Part shown: positions 1-9,507 of the stretch, in pieces
How the letters are laid out: each line of letters starts with the position of its first letter
How positions within the stretch are numbered: position 1 is the first letter of the stretch
NCBI RefSeq assembly: GCF_007830055.1
Contig: NZ_VLLE01000004.1
Span: forward strand, 89,248-153,247
Origin: Lacibacter cauensis
GTDB lineage: Bacteria > Bacteroidota > Bacteroidia > Chitinophagales > Chitinophagaceae
DNA length: 64,000 nucleotides
Reading direction: 5' to 3'
The notes under the pieces: generated by a model
What the model saw: the letters and a program-made list of their open reading frames with translations, nothing else
Told to the model about the DNA's origin: nothing
The model's database searches: none
Position numbers and translations under genes: made by a program

Positions 1-556
1 TAAGGGCATCGTATTTAATTCTGCCGATAGCAAGCACTTCCATCGCAAATACTGCACCTGCTATAGGGGTTCCGAATACTGCACCGAAACCTGCTGACAT
101 GCCACACATGAGCATTATTCTCTTGTCTCGGTGTTTTAGTTTGTACCAATGTGAAAATAAAGATGAAATACTACCCCCCATTTGAACTGCTGTTCCTTCT
201 CTACCTGCTGAACCACCAAAGAGATGTGTAATTATGGTAGAGAATAAAACCAAGGGCGTCATTAGTGTAGGAATGCCGCCCCCTGGCTTGTGTATTTCGT
301 CCATGATGAGGTTATTACCTGCATCAGAATTTTTACCGTAAAACTTGTAAAGAAATGTGATGAGCAGACCAGCTAAGGGTAGTAAGAAAATAAGCCAAAG
401 ATTATTCCATCGTGTGGCTGTGGCTATATCGAGCAACCAAAGGAACAGGGCAACTAATGAGCCTGTGACAAATGAAATGGGAACGATAAGGGCTGTCCAA
501 TAAAGTAAATGCCTCGCAATTTTTACTTGTTCAAAAGAGTATTTGTTTTTGTTCAT
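1..556 (-). CDS. ClC-family voltage-gated chloride channel protein (N-terminal part; the gene continues beyond the window start)
   Basis: Reverse-strand ATG at 554-556 gives [29 protein letters not shown].. with many TM helices and GSAGREG / [13 protein letters not shown] motifs typical of ClC channels. It is absent from the ORF track because it is truncated by the window edge. Confidence 0.6.
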   Translation of the reverse strand, partial: MNKNKYSFEQVKIARHLLYWTALIVPISFVTGSLVALFLWLLDIATATRWNNLWLIFLLPLAGLLITFLYKFYGKNSDAGNNLIMDEIHKPGGGIPTLMTPLVLFSTIITHLFGGSAGREGTAVQMGGSISSLFSHWYKLKHRDKRIMLMCGMSAGFGAVFGTPIAGAVFAMEVLAIGRIKYDAL

Positions 557-800
557 CCTACAAATAGATTATGATGTAATGATATTACTATTTGTAGGTG
601 CCATTAGCTTTAAGAAGCGGTTGGGTCAGGAAGACACCATTTCCTGTTTTGGGTATGCAAAAATAGCAAAATAGTGCCACATATTCAACGGAAATGTTTA
701 TCCCTTGATTAATCTGAACTTGAGGAACTTATCAAATAAATTATTTCAAATTTTTAAAGACTTTTATAGCACCTGATGATGAATACTGCAAATAGTCCTT

Positions 801-1226
801 TCATTTCCAAATCAAAATTATCATGCCTGTTAAAATAAATGCTGCACCTGCTAAAAGTTTTCCTGTGATTGGTTCTTTGAGAATTATGAATGAAAGAATT
901 AATGTTACTACAATACTTGCCTTATCAATAGAAGCTACATACGAAACTTGCCCTTCTTTCATTGCACGGTAATAAAATATCCACGACAATGAAGTTGTGA
1001 TGCCTGAAATTGCAAGAAACATCAAATTTTTGGAGGAAGTTTGTTGTAATTCAACAAAAGCATTGCGAAACAAAAAAGCGTTTGCACCAACAATTGAAAA
1101 CACAACTGCTGTCCGCACTGCTAAAGCGGTGTCGCTGCTTAAATCTTTCATTCCAAATTTTGCAATGACAGATGTAAGCCCTGCAAACAGCATTGAAATG
1201 ATTGCATATAAAATCCATTTTTCCAT
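801..1226 (-). CDS. Small single-domain EamA/DMT-family membrane transporter
   Basis: 141 aa with 4 predicted TM helices and an EamA-like pattern. It lies immediately downstream of, and co-directional with, the RND operon. Confidence 0.5.
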   Translation of the reverse strand: MEKWILYAIISMLFAGLTSVIAKFGMKDLSSDTALAVRTAVVFSIVGANAFLFRNAFVELQQTSSKNLMFLAISGITTSLSWIFYYRAMKEGQVSYVASIDKASIVVTLILSFIILKEPITGKLLAGAAFILTGMIILIWK

Positions 1227-1241
1227 AATAAAAGATAGTGT

Positions 1242-4200
1242 TTAATATTTTTGTTTATTTCTATACAACAACCGCATTAAACTTGGAAATACCAACAATA
1301 ACATCGGCAAGCCTACCACAAACCCACCAATCACAGCTACTGCCAAAGGTTGCTGCATTTGAGCACCTAACCCAATTCCTAACGCCAAAGGCATAAGGGC
1401 TAAAATGGCTCCGATAGCTGTCATTAGTTTTGGTCGGATACGCAAAGCGATTGCATAGTTTATTGATTGGTCAACATTGTTTGTTTGTTGCATATTGAAA
1501 CGGTATTGTGCAACGGTGAAAATTGCATTTTCTGCCAGTATGCCCACAATCATAATGATGCCTGTGTAACTGCTTACATTTAAAGGAATGTTTGTGAGAT
1601 ATAAGGCAATGATGCAACCGCAAATACCCATGATAGAAATGAAAAGAAGTAAAAGTGAAAGCAACCATTCTTTAAATAAAAACATAAATACTCCGAACAC
1701 TAAAAGTGTAGCCATGATAAGGATAAGCAGGAGTTCTTTAAATGATTGTTGTTGCTCGGAATATGCACCGCCATAAGCAATGGAATATCCTTTTGGCAAT
1801 GGCAATTTTGAATTAAGTTGTTGCTGAATTTCGGTAATGGCACTTCCTAAATCTCTATTATCTAATCGGGCTGTAAGCACTACGCAAGATTTTAAGTTTT
1901 CTCTGCGTTGTTCGTTTTCGCCTTGAACAATTTTTACATCACAAAAAAATGTGAGTGGTCTTGTTGTTCCGTCAGGTAAAAAAATGAGTTGCCGTTTGAT
2001 GTGTTCCAAATCATTTATATTCATATCGGCAAACCGCATTACAATTCTTCGCATTTGTTCGCCTTCCTGAATTTGCCCTACTTGTATTCCTGCTGTCATG
2101 GCTGCCTGTGCAGGCGATGGAATGGGTTGATTGGAGTTGATGCCCAAAGTAATTCCGCCTGTATAAGCTGAAAGTTGTGTCTGAAAATCAAGCAACGAAA
2201 TTTTGTATTGATTTAATAGTTCCTGATTGGGTGTGAATACCAATGAAGGACCCGCAATTCGTAAACCGTTATCAATATCTGCAATGCCTTGAATGTTTCC
2301 TATTATTTCTTCGGCTTGTTTGGTAATGTTTTGTAATTGGGTGTAATCATCTCCAAAAAACTTTACTTCAATAGGTGAAGGTGTGCTCATTAAATCGCCT
2401 AACAAATCGGCTATACGTTGTCCAAATGAAATATGTAATACGGGTTGTTTGGCTGAAATTTCCTTTCGTAAATCATCAATTACATCTACTGTTGTTTTTG
2501 TGCGGTGTTGTTTTAGCTGAATAGAGTAATCGCCAAAGTTCTGCGGAACGGTGCTAAATGCCATTCTTATTCCTGTTCTTCGGCTGTATGTTTCAACATC
2601 GGGATGGGCAATGATTATTTTTTCAATTTCCCTTAATACTCTGTCAGTTTCCTTCAATGATGTTCCGGGTGGCATGAAATAATCTAATACAATTGTGCCT
2701 TCGTCTAAATCGGGCAAAAAACCTGTTTCCAATTTTCCGAAACTAAACCATGCTGATAACACAAAAATAATTATCAATGAAAAGGCAAATACTGGTTTGT
2801 TAAAAAACCAAGTAAGCCATTTCAGTTTGCGAATGCTTTGTTCGGCTGTTTTGTGATGCGTTTTTTTAGGCTGTTTAAAGCCAATTATGATATGAAAGAC
2901 AGGCAATAACAACCATGTTACAAGAAACGAAGTTACCATAGTAAGCTGCATAGTGTCTGAAAGCTCTTTGAAAAAGCTTCCTGCTAAACCACTCATCATT
3001 CGGAAAGGAAAATGTATTACAATGGTTGCTAATGAAGAACCAATCATGGCGGGAAATAATTCGTGTATAGCCTCCTTTACAACACTAAAACGGTTTTTTT
3101 CGGGTTCGTCTTCGTGCTTTCTGTAAATCTGTTCTATGATTACGATGGCATCATCTATTATCAAACCAATGGACGCAGCAATAGCACCCAATGACATAAT
3201 GTTTATGCTTATTCCTACTAAGTATAAAACAAAAATGGTGAATGCTAATGTTACCGGAATTGTAAGCATTACAACCAAACTTGCCCTCCATGAACGAAGG
3301 AAAATAATCATTACGATGATAGCTAAAAACAAACCTTCGTAAATGGTTTTAATTACGCTGTGGATGCTGTCGCCAACAAAAGCAGATTGATTGTAGTAAG
3401 GTTTCAGCACCATCCCTTCGGGCAATTGCTTTTGAATTTCGGCTGCTTTGCTCTCACATTCTTTTGCAAAATCAATCAAGTTTATTCCAGGTTGTTTTAC
3501 CAAGTCAATCAATACTGCATCGTGTCCATTTGCGTTTACAACCACAAATTCTACTTGTTCTTTTAATTCAATTTTAGCAATGTCTTTTAGTTTGATTAAT
3601 CGTGTTCCATCGTTTTTTATAATGGTGTTTTCCAATTCTTCAATGTCCATTACCCTTGTGTCGGTAAGCGACAAATACAAACGGCTGAAATCTTCTACCG
3701 CACCATTTGACAACACATAATTATTGCTATTGAAAACATTGATAATTGTATTCGGTGTAATGCCCAGCGATGCCATTTTTATCGCATCGGGAACAATTAC
3801 AAACTCTTTATTTTTTCCTCCACGAACCACCACATTTGAAATGCCGTTTACCTGCGAAAACATAGGTCGGACAATGAGATTGGCTTTGTCTTTTAGTGCA
3901 ACTAAACTGTGTTTCTTGCTTTCTAAGGTGAAGCCATAAACAGGAAAAGTGCTTTGGTTCATTGCTTCGGCTGCAATACTCACGCCTTGCGGAAGGAAGT
4001 TTTTAATTTCATTGATACGGCTTTCTACCTGTGTTTTGGCATTGTAAATATCTGAACCCCAATCAAAGAAAATATCAATTACACAACTTCCCCTACTGGT
4101 ACTGCTCTTTACAACCTTTACTCCTTTCACCTTTTTTGCTGCACTCTCCAAAGGCTTTGTAACGGTTATCATCATGCGGTCAATAGGCTGCTGCCCCGCA

Positions 4201-4349
4201 TCGGCAATTAAAGTAATTCTTGGAAATAATACTTCGGGAAAAAGATTGGTTTGCATTTGGGTATAAGAAAATATACCTGCTGCCAAAAGCAGTAAACCAA
4301 TAAATAGAATTGGCTTTTTGAAGATTTGGAAAATGTTTTGTTTGCTCAT
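1242..4349 (-). CDS. Efflux RND transporter permease, CusA/CzcA (heavy-metal) family
   Basis: 1035 aa with 12-TM architecture, two large periplasmic loops and typical CzcA/AcrB-family conservation. Its start overlaps the upstream MFP gene by 4 nt (ATGA). Confidence 0.85.
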   Translation of the reverse strand: MSKQNIFQIFKKPILFIGLLLLAAGIFSYTQMQTNLFPEVLFPRITLIADAGQQPIDRMMITVTKPLESAAKKVKGVKVVKSSTSRGSCVIDIFFDWGSDIYNAKTQVESRINEIKNFLPQGVSIAAEAMNQSTFPVYGFTLESKKHSLVALKDKANLIVRPMFSQVNGISNVVVRGGKNKEFVIVPDAIKMASLGITPNTIINVFNSNNYVLSNGAVEDFSRLYLSLTDTRVMDIEELENTIIKNDGTRLIKLKDIAKIELKEQVEFVVVNANGHDAVLIDLVKQPGINLIDFAKECESKAAEIQKQLPEGMVLKPYYNQSAFVGDSIHSVIKTIYEGLFLAIIVMIIFLRSWRASLVVMLTIPVTLAFTIFVLYLVGISINIMSLGAIAASIGLIIDDAIVIIEQIYRKHEDEPEKNRFSVVKEAIHELFPAMIGSSLATIVIHFPFRMMSGLAGSFFKELSDTMQLTMVTSFLVTWLLLPVFHIIIGFKQPKKTHHKTAEQSIRKLKWLTWFFNKPVFAFSLIIIFVLSAWFSFGKLETGFLPDLDEGTIVLDYFMPPGTSLKETDRVLREIEKIIIAHPDVETYSRRTGIRMAFSTVPQNFGDYSIQLKQHRTKTTVDVIDDLRKEISAKQPVLHISFGQRIADLLGDLMSTPSPIEVKFFGDDYTQLQNITKQAEEIIGNIQGIADIDNGLRIAGPSLVFTPNQELLNQYKISLLDFQTQLSAYTGGITLGINSNQPIPSPAQAAMTAGIQVGQIQEGEQMRRIVMRFADMNINDLEHIKRQLIFLPDGTTRPLTFFCDVKIVQGENEQRRENLKSCVVLTARLDNRDLGSAITEIQQQLNSKLPLPKGYSIAYGGAYSEQQQSFKELLLILIMATLLVFGVFMFLFKEWLLSLLLLFISIMGICGCIIALYLTNIPLNVSSYTGIIMIVGILAENAIFTVAQYRFNMQQTNNVDQSINYAIALRIRPKLMTAIGAILALMPLALGIGLGAQMQQPLAVAVIGGFVVGLPMLLLVFPSLMRLLYRNKQKY

Positions 4350-5281
4350 TTCGCTTTAAGGGTTGTGATTGATATTAAAGCGGTGTCGGGCAAACCGTAA
4401 TTTCCTTTGCTTACTATTTTATCGGTAATATTGAACTGTGGCGATAAAACTTCTATACGGTCTGAATTTTTATTGCCGACTGTAACAGGAATTTTAATTG
4501 CGGTGCTGTCGTTAATGAGTTTCATTACCCAAAACTCTTTCATCATTTCATCACTCAATACGCAGGATTTTGGCAACACTTGTTTTTTGTTTTGTGTGCC
4601 TTTGCTGATGCCTACTTTTACCATCATATTTTCAGGGAGAAATAAATTTTCATTGCACTTTGCTAAAATGGTTTGAGTTTGTGCGGTTACATTCATTGCT
4701 GTTAGTGCCTTTGTGAATGTTGCTGAATGCTGTGTGTTGTCGGGTAAAATAAGTGTGCAAGTGTTTCCTGTTTTTGTATAAGCAGTAAATTCATAAGGCA
4801 CATTTACCTGAAAAACTAAATCGTTGCTTTCGGCTATGGTGCAAAGTTGCGTTCCTTCTAACACATAGTCACCTGCTTGTTGTTTGTCTAATGTTGAAAT
4901 TATGCCCGTTGCTGATGCGGTAACTTTAATTATTCCAAAGTTTTTGAGTGTGCTGTCAACCTTTGAAACATCCGTTCCTAAAGCTCTGCTTTCCTTTGAT
5001 TGCAACACATACAACACATCGCCTTTGCTCACTTTATCGCCCAGTTTCACATTTACCTGCGTGATAAATGCCGGAATAGGAGCTGTAACCAAATTTCGTT
5101 TTAAGTAGATGGTTGTGCCAAACAAAGTCAGTTCATCGTTGATGGAACCGTTGCTGATTGAAACAACTTCAACTGGTGTTTTAGGTATTGTGTTTTGTTC
5201 CGTTTTTGTTTCTGTTTTACTTCCGCAGGAAGCTAAAACCAAAACCAAAGCGATTGAAAAGTATTTGCGTAGTTGTTTCAT
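4346..5281 (-). CDS. Efflux RND periplasmic adaptor (membrane fusion protein) lipoprotein
   Basis: 311 aa with a lipoprotein signal (LVLASCGS) and a beta-barrel/lipoyl-like MFP pattern. Position is between the TolC-like and RND genes, translationally coupled. Confidence 0.75.
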   Translation of the reverse strand: MKQLRKYFSIALVLVLASCGSKTETKTEQNTIPKTPVEVVSISNGSINDELTLFGTTIYLKRNLVTAPIPAFITQVNVKLGDKVSKGDVLYVLQSKESRALGTDVSKVDSTLKNFGIIKVTASATGIISTLDKQQAGDYVLEGTQLCTIAESNDLVFQVNVPYEFTAYTKTGNTCTLILPDNTQHSATFTKALTAMNVTAQTQTILAKCNENLFLPENMMVKVGISKGTQNKKQVLPKSCVLSDEMMKEFWVMKLINDSTAIKIPVTVGNKNSDRIEVLSPQFNITDKIVSKGNYGLPDTALISITTLKAK

Positions 5282-5297
5282 TTCTCTTTGTTGTTAT

Positions 5298-6575
5298 TTA
5301 CCAGTTCCAATAATTGTATGCGTTTATGAGTGATTGCTGTTGTGAAAAAAGCAAGGTATAATCCCGTTGAGCCGTTGCCATATTCTTCAACACCATCGTG
5401 TAATTGATTATAGATAGTTGTCCTGACAGGATTTCTTTTTTGTAACTATTCAGCAATACCTTATAATCTTTTAGTTGCTGTTCTGCAATGGAAATGCGGT
5501 CTGTATAAGATTGCAGTTCGGTTAATATTTTTGATTTGCGAACAGTGTTTTGAGTAATGAAATTGCTTTTGTAAAACGAAACCGATTGCTCCAAAACCTG
5601 TGTCTTATTTCTGTTGATTGACTTCTGATTTCCATCAAAAAAGTTGTAAGTAAAAGTTAATCCGGCACTAATGCCGAAGCGTTTGGGAATTGTTGGTGCA
5701 TAAACTGCATTCAGTCCGGTGTTTGCAAAAAGACTTACCTGCGGTTTATATTTTAGTTCAAATGCTTTTTGCTGTGCAATTAAATTCAAACTATCCAAAT
5801 GATATTTTTCCAAAAACATTGAATTAGAAACGGTGCTATTCAAAGTCAGATTAGTGTTTTGAAGTTGCACTAAAGCTGTGTCGTTAATTCCGCAAAGAAT
5901 GTTTAAGTCCATTAGATCTCTGCGGTAGGTGGCTTTGAAATTGGTTAGTTGAGCCAAATAATTTTGGTGTTCAATATTCAGCAGGGTAAGGTCGGATTGT
6001 TTGTAGATGCTGCTTTCCACTAACTTTTTCAACACATCTTTTTGGTCTTCCAGCAATTTTACCATTGCTTCTGCATAATCAGTTTGCTTATTGTCCTGCA
6101 AACACAAAATGTATTGGTCAGTTACAATTTTCTCAATATCGTGTTCGGTTAGTTTGCTGTTGTTCTGATTGATTTGAGAAGTAACTGTTAATTGCTCACT
6201 GGCTGTTTTGTAGCGTTGTCCGTTAAAAAGAGGTTGGGTAACATTGAGTAATGCCTGATATGTTCCTCCATTTGTTGCAGCAAAGTCATAACCGTAATAA
6301 TTGGTTGCTCCGTTTGAGTTTGGCTCAAATGAAGTTTTGTTATTGTCGGTTGAAATGATTGGTGAAAAAAGGTAATTGGCGGTTACGCCAATTTGTGGTT
6401 TGGTATAAAGGGCTTTCAGGCGTTCAGCATCTAACTGGTTTGCCTTACTTTGATTTTTGTTGTCGTTAATTAATGGGCTGTTTTGCTTGGCTGCTGTTGT
6501 GTAATAACTCAAATTGTTTTGTGCGAAACAAATATTGGTAGCTAAAAGCAGTAATGCAAGAATGAGTTTTTGCAT
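5298..6575 (-). CDS. TolC-family outer-membrane efflux protein
   Basis: Internal ATG (MQKLILALLLLATNICFAQ, signal peptide) gives ~425 aa with two coiled-coil/beta repeats typical of OMF proteins. The ORF-track start at 6665 lies inside the upstream gene and is an over-extension. Confidence 0.7.
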   Translation of the reverse strand: MQKLILALLLLATNICFAQNNLSYYTTAAKQNSPLINDNKNQSKANQLDAERLKALYTKPQIGVTANYLFSPIISTDNNKTSFEPNSNGATNYYGYDFAATNGGTYQALLNVTQPLFNGQRYKTASEQLTVTSQINQNNSKLTEHDIEKIVTDQYILCLQDNKQTDYAEAMVKLLEDQKDVLKKLVESSIYKQSDLTLLNIEHQNYLAQLTNFKATYRRDLMDLNILCGINDTALVQLQNTNLTLNSTVSNSMFLEKYHLDSLNLIAQQKAFELKYKPQVSLFANTGLNAVYAPTIPKRFGISAGLTFTYNFFDGNQKSINRNKTQVLEQSVSFYKSNFITQNTVRKSKILTELQSYTDRISIAEQQLKDYKVLLNSYKKEILSGQLSIINYTMVLKNMATAQRDYTLLFSQQQSLINAYNYWNW

Positions 6576-6576
6576 C

Positions 6577-7011
6577 TTAATCTTTTTCTTCTGATAAATA
6601 TTTTCCTTCTCCATCAAACACAATTTCTTTTCCTGTGATTTGGATTTCATAGGTATTAGAGCCATCCTGTTTGGTTATTTTTTCGCAGCCCTGAATTTTT
6701 TCGTTGGGGTAGTGGGCTTTGATGTAATCGGGAATAGCGGAGGCATTTGGCAACTGGCTTTCGGCAATTACCAATTCTGTTTCTGTTACCTCTGCTTTGT
6801 CGTTAAACGATACTGCTCCTTTTTCTTCTCCATCTTTGTATTTGGCTTCCCAAATTGGCGGTTCATCATTCCATTTCAAAATAGTTGCGTTGGGATGAAG
6901 TTTTACAAATGCTTCTGAAATGTTAGCTGGAACTTGTCGGGTTTTAGCGGCTTGGTTGCAAGCGGATAAAATCAGAACTGTAAATGCGAATAGAATTATT
7001 AGTTTATTCAT
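6577..7011 (-). CDS. PepSY-like (BLIP-like, DUF2874-type) periplasmic lipoprotein
   Basis: Trimmed to the ATG giving MNKLIILFAFTVLILSACNQ (lipoprotein signal). The protein is ~145 aa and is a paralog of the next gene. Shared motifs: 'F.K.YP...I..W..E' and 'YE.EI.G.E..FD..GK....'. Confidence 0.55.
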   Translation of the reverse strand: MNKLIILFAFTVLILSACNQAAKTRQVPANISEAFVKLHPNATILKWNDEPPIWEAKYKDGEEKGAVSFNDKAEVTETELVIAESQLPNASAIPDYIKAHYPNEKIQGCEKITKQDGSNTYEIQITGKEIVFDGEGKYLSEEKD

Positions 7012-7021
7012 GGTTGTGGTT

Positions 7022-7450
7022 TTAATCCTTCGTTTCTTTAATGAATTTTCCGTTGCTATCAAACAATAAATCCAAGCCTTTAATTTCGGCTTCATAAGTA
7101 ACCGTGCCTCTGGCATCAGTAATTTTTGCAGCTTCTTTTACCTTTTGTCCTTTGTAGTTGCTTGCCACATACTCCAAAATTCCTTTTGGCAATTGGTTTA
7201 ATTCAATTTCTACTTCGGCTTCCAGTATGTTGCCTTGTGCATCAAACAAAACTGAATTGTCAATTTTATTGAGGTCAAAACTTGCTTCAAACTTTTCTCC
7301 TTCCTTATCCCACTTTACTTCTTTGATGCTTGGATAGTGTTTTTGAAAGGATGTTTTTACGGATGCAGGAACATCTTTTTCCTGTATTTTTTGTGCAAAG
7401 GTGAGTGATGTAATCACCGCTGCAACTAACATTGAAGCTAACTTTTTCAT
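7022..7450 (-). CDS. PepSY-like (BLIP-like) periplasmic protein, paralog
   Basis: 142 aa with a signal peptide, a tandem paralog of 6577-7011. It is the first gene of the PepSY-PepSY-TolC-MFP-RND transcription unit. Confidence 0.55.
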   Translation of the reverse strand: MKKLASMLVAAVITSLTFAQKIQEKDVPASVKTSFQKHYPSIKEVKWDKEGEKFEASFDLNKIDNSVLFDAQGNILEAEVEIELNQLPKGILEYVASNYKGQKVKEAAKITDARGTVTYEAEIKGLDLLFDSNGKFIKETKD

Positions 7451-7500
7451 TGCCTTGTTTATGAAGTGAATTAAAATTTACAGGGCAAAGTTGCAACCCG

Positions 7501-7529
7501 ATTTAGAAGAAATTTAGAATTTTTAGAAA
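7501..7529. promoter_or_regulatory. Three direct TTAGAA repeats (~10-bp phasing) upstream of the PepSY-efflux operon; candidate response-regulator boxes
   Basis: Sequence gatTTAGAAgaaatTTAGAAtttTTAGAAag. A similar TTGAATtaatTTAGAAT lies at 9481-9497 upstream of the RR-HK operon. Confidence 0.35.
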
Positions 7530-8788
7530 GCCACCGAAAACGAATGAAAATTGTCGGCAAATGAGTAGGTGATTTTCCAGTTGTTCAGGTCTGCAATCTT
7601 CTTGATGATAGCCAAACCCAAGCCGTTTCCTTGTTCGGATGGGTTGGATTTTGCAAAGCGGTTGAATAACTTATCTGCAACCAAAGGTTGTGGTTGTCCT
7701 GTGTTTGAAAAGGTAAGCGAATTGCTTGAAAGGATTACAACTATTTGCCCATCACTTATATTATGCCGAATGGCATTTAGAAACAAATTACTGATAAGGA
7801 TTTCCGTCAAAACAGGATTTGAATTTGTTGAAACGGTTTCATTCAATTCTGTTTTTATTATAAGATTTTTTGCCTTTGCCTGTTCGGTAAAAAAATCAAG
7901 GTGCTTTTCAATTGCTTCATACAAACTGATTGTTTGTTTCTCGTTGTAGTTGTCGTTTTCAATTTTAGAAAGCAGTAATAGATTTTTGTTGAGGCGGTTT
8001 AACCTTGATACACTATCGTTTAATGAACTTAAAATTTGGTTTTGCTGCTCTGTAAATTCTGCACTCTGAATAAGTGTATCAATCTTTGCCTGAAAAACGG
8101 CTAAAGGCGTTTGTAATTCGTGTGCTGCGTTTTCTATAAATTCCCGTTGGCTGTGGTAAATGGAAGTATTGCGTTCAATCAGTTTTTCAATGCTTTGATT
8201 TAGGCGGTTAAATTCCTCAATGTTGGTATTGGTAAGTTTAGGTTGATTGGATTTGTCAATTTCAAATTGCTCAATTTTCTGCAAGGTTTCGTAAAAAGGT
8301 TTCCAAAGATTTTGCGATAATCTTTTATTGATAATTAATAAGCCAACAAGCAACAGCGAAATGATGATTAAGAAAAGAAGTGCAATGCTTTTCATTAAAT
8401 CTTCTGTTTCCACTAAGTTAATTCGTGCTGAATAGGTGTAGGGTTTTCCTTCAATGGAAACAGGTAAATTGAGTTCCCTGTATGGTTCGTTTTCGGAATT
8501 AAGTGTGTCGTAATAATAGCTGTAAAAAATGGTGTCTTTTTGTAGGGGCTTTGCTACAATAATTTTTATATCACGGTTAAATTTGTTCCAAATAGATATG
8601 TCCGCTTCTTTCAATTGTGCAATGGAGAATTGCAAAAATTCATTCTTGCGAAGTATCAATGCTTCGTCTGCATCATCAATGTATAGCTTCTCGGTAAGGA
8701 AATAAAACAAAGGTGCTGCTATAATTAAAATCAGCACTGCAAAAATTAAATATGCTCTTGATGTTTTATGTAATAGTTTTTTAGTCAT
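7523..8788 (-). CDS. Sensor histidine kinase (periplasmic sensing, HisKA + HATPase_c)
   Basis: Two TM segments flank a ~110-aa periplasmic loop. It has an H-box (AAHELQTPLAV), N-box (LISNLFLNAIRHN) and G-boxes (GNGLGLAI). It overlaps the RR gene by 8 nt. Confidence 0.85.
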   Translation of the reverse strand: MTKKLLHKTSRAYLIFAVLILIIAAPLFYFLTEKLYIDDADEALILRKNEFLQFSIAQLKEADISIWNKFNRDIKIIVAKPLQKDTIFYSYYYDTLNSENEPYRELNLPVSIEGKPYTYSARINLVETEDLMKSIALLFLIIISLLLVGLLIINKRLSQNLWKPFYETLQKIEQFEIDKSNQPKLTNTNIEEFNRLNQSIEKLIERNTSIYHSQREFIENAAHELQTPLAVFQAKIDTLIQSAEFTEQQNQILSSLNDSVSRLNRLNKNLLLLSKIENDNYNEKQTISLYEAIEKHLDFFTEQAKAKNLIIKTELNETVSTNSNPVLTEILISNLFLNAIRHNISDGQIVVILSSNSLTFSNTGQPQPLVADKLFNRFAKSNPSEQGNGLGLAIIKKIADLNNWKITYSFADNFHSFSVAF

Positions 8789-9458
8789 TCTGCCACTTGT
8801 AACCTAATCCGTAAACTGTTTTTATATAGTCGCTGCAACCTGCATCTTTCAATTTGTTTTTAAGATTTTTGATATGGGCATACACAAAATCGTGGTTGTC
8901 CAACATATCTGCCATATCGCCTGAAAGATGCTCGGCAATAGCACTTTTTGAAAGCACTTTATTTTCATTGCCGATTAAATATAACAGCAAATCAATTTCT
9001 TTTTTAGTGATGTCAATTTTCTTGCTTTTTACTTTTACTGTTTTAGAACGAATATCAATTTCAATTTCGTTGTAAGCAACAAGATTGTTGCCTTTGAAGT
9101 TTTTTCGCCTGATGAGTGCTTGTATTCTTACAAGCAATTCAGATAAATGAAATGGCTTTGTGAGGTAGTCGTCTGCCCCCAAATTGAACCCTTCAATTCG
9201 TGTGTCCAAAGTTTCTTTTGCAGAAATGATGATTACTCCTTCGATTTTATTTTGCCGTTTTAATTCCTTCAAAATTTCAAAGCCGTTGCCGTCAGGCAAC
9301 ATCAGGTCAAGTAAAATACAATCGTATTCATAGATTGAAATTTTGTCAATTGCATTTTTTAAATTGTTTACCCATTCACATATGAAGCTATTACCTTTAA
9401 GGTAACTTCTGATGCTCTCTGCAAGCTCCTTTTCATCTTCTATGAGTAACAATTTCAT
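8781..9458 (-). CDS. OmpR-family response regulator (receiver + winged-helix)
   Basis: Phospho-acceptor region ILLDLMLPDGNGFEIL and a C-terminal wHTH (TVYGLGYKW). Confidence 0.85.
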   Translation of the reverse strand: MKLLLIEDEKELAESIRSYLKGNSFICEWVNNLKNAIDKISIYEYDCILLDLMLPDGNGFEILKELKRQNKIEGVIIISAKETLDTRIEGFNLGADDYLTKPFHLSELLVRIQALIRRKNFKGNNLVAYNEIEIDIRSKTVKVKSKKIDITKKEIDLLLYLIGNENKVLSKSAIAEHLSGDMADMLDNHDFVYAHIKNLKNKLKDAGCSDYIKTVYGLGYKWQND

Positions 9459-9480
9459 GGTACAAAACTCGGTTCCAATT

Positions 9481-9497
9481 TTGAATTAATTTAGAAT
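9481..9497. promoter_or_regulatory. TTGAAT-N4-TTAGAAT direct repeat upstream of the RR/HK operon (candidate autoregulatory site)
   Basis: Same half-site family as 7501-7529. Confidence 0.3.
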
Positions 9498-9507
9498 GGC
9501 GAATTGA

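Noticed and set aside
997-4000. Short plus-strand ORFs (997-1245, 1588-1776, 1989-2171, 3136-3939) overlapping the RND/EamA genes
   Set aside because: They are antisense to long, well-supported minus-strand genes, have no independent motifs and are low-complexity translations. Treated as frame artefacts.
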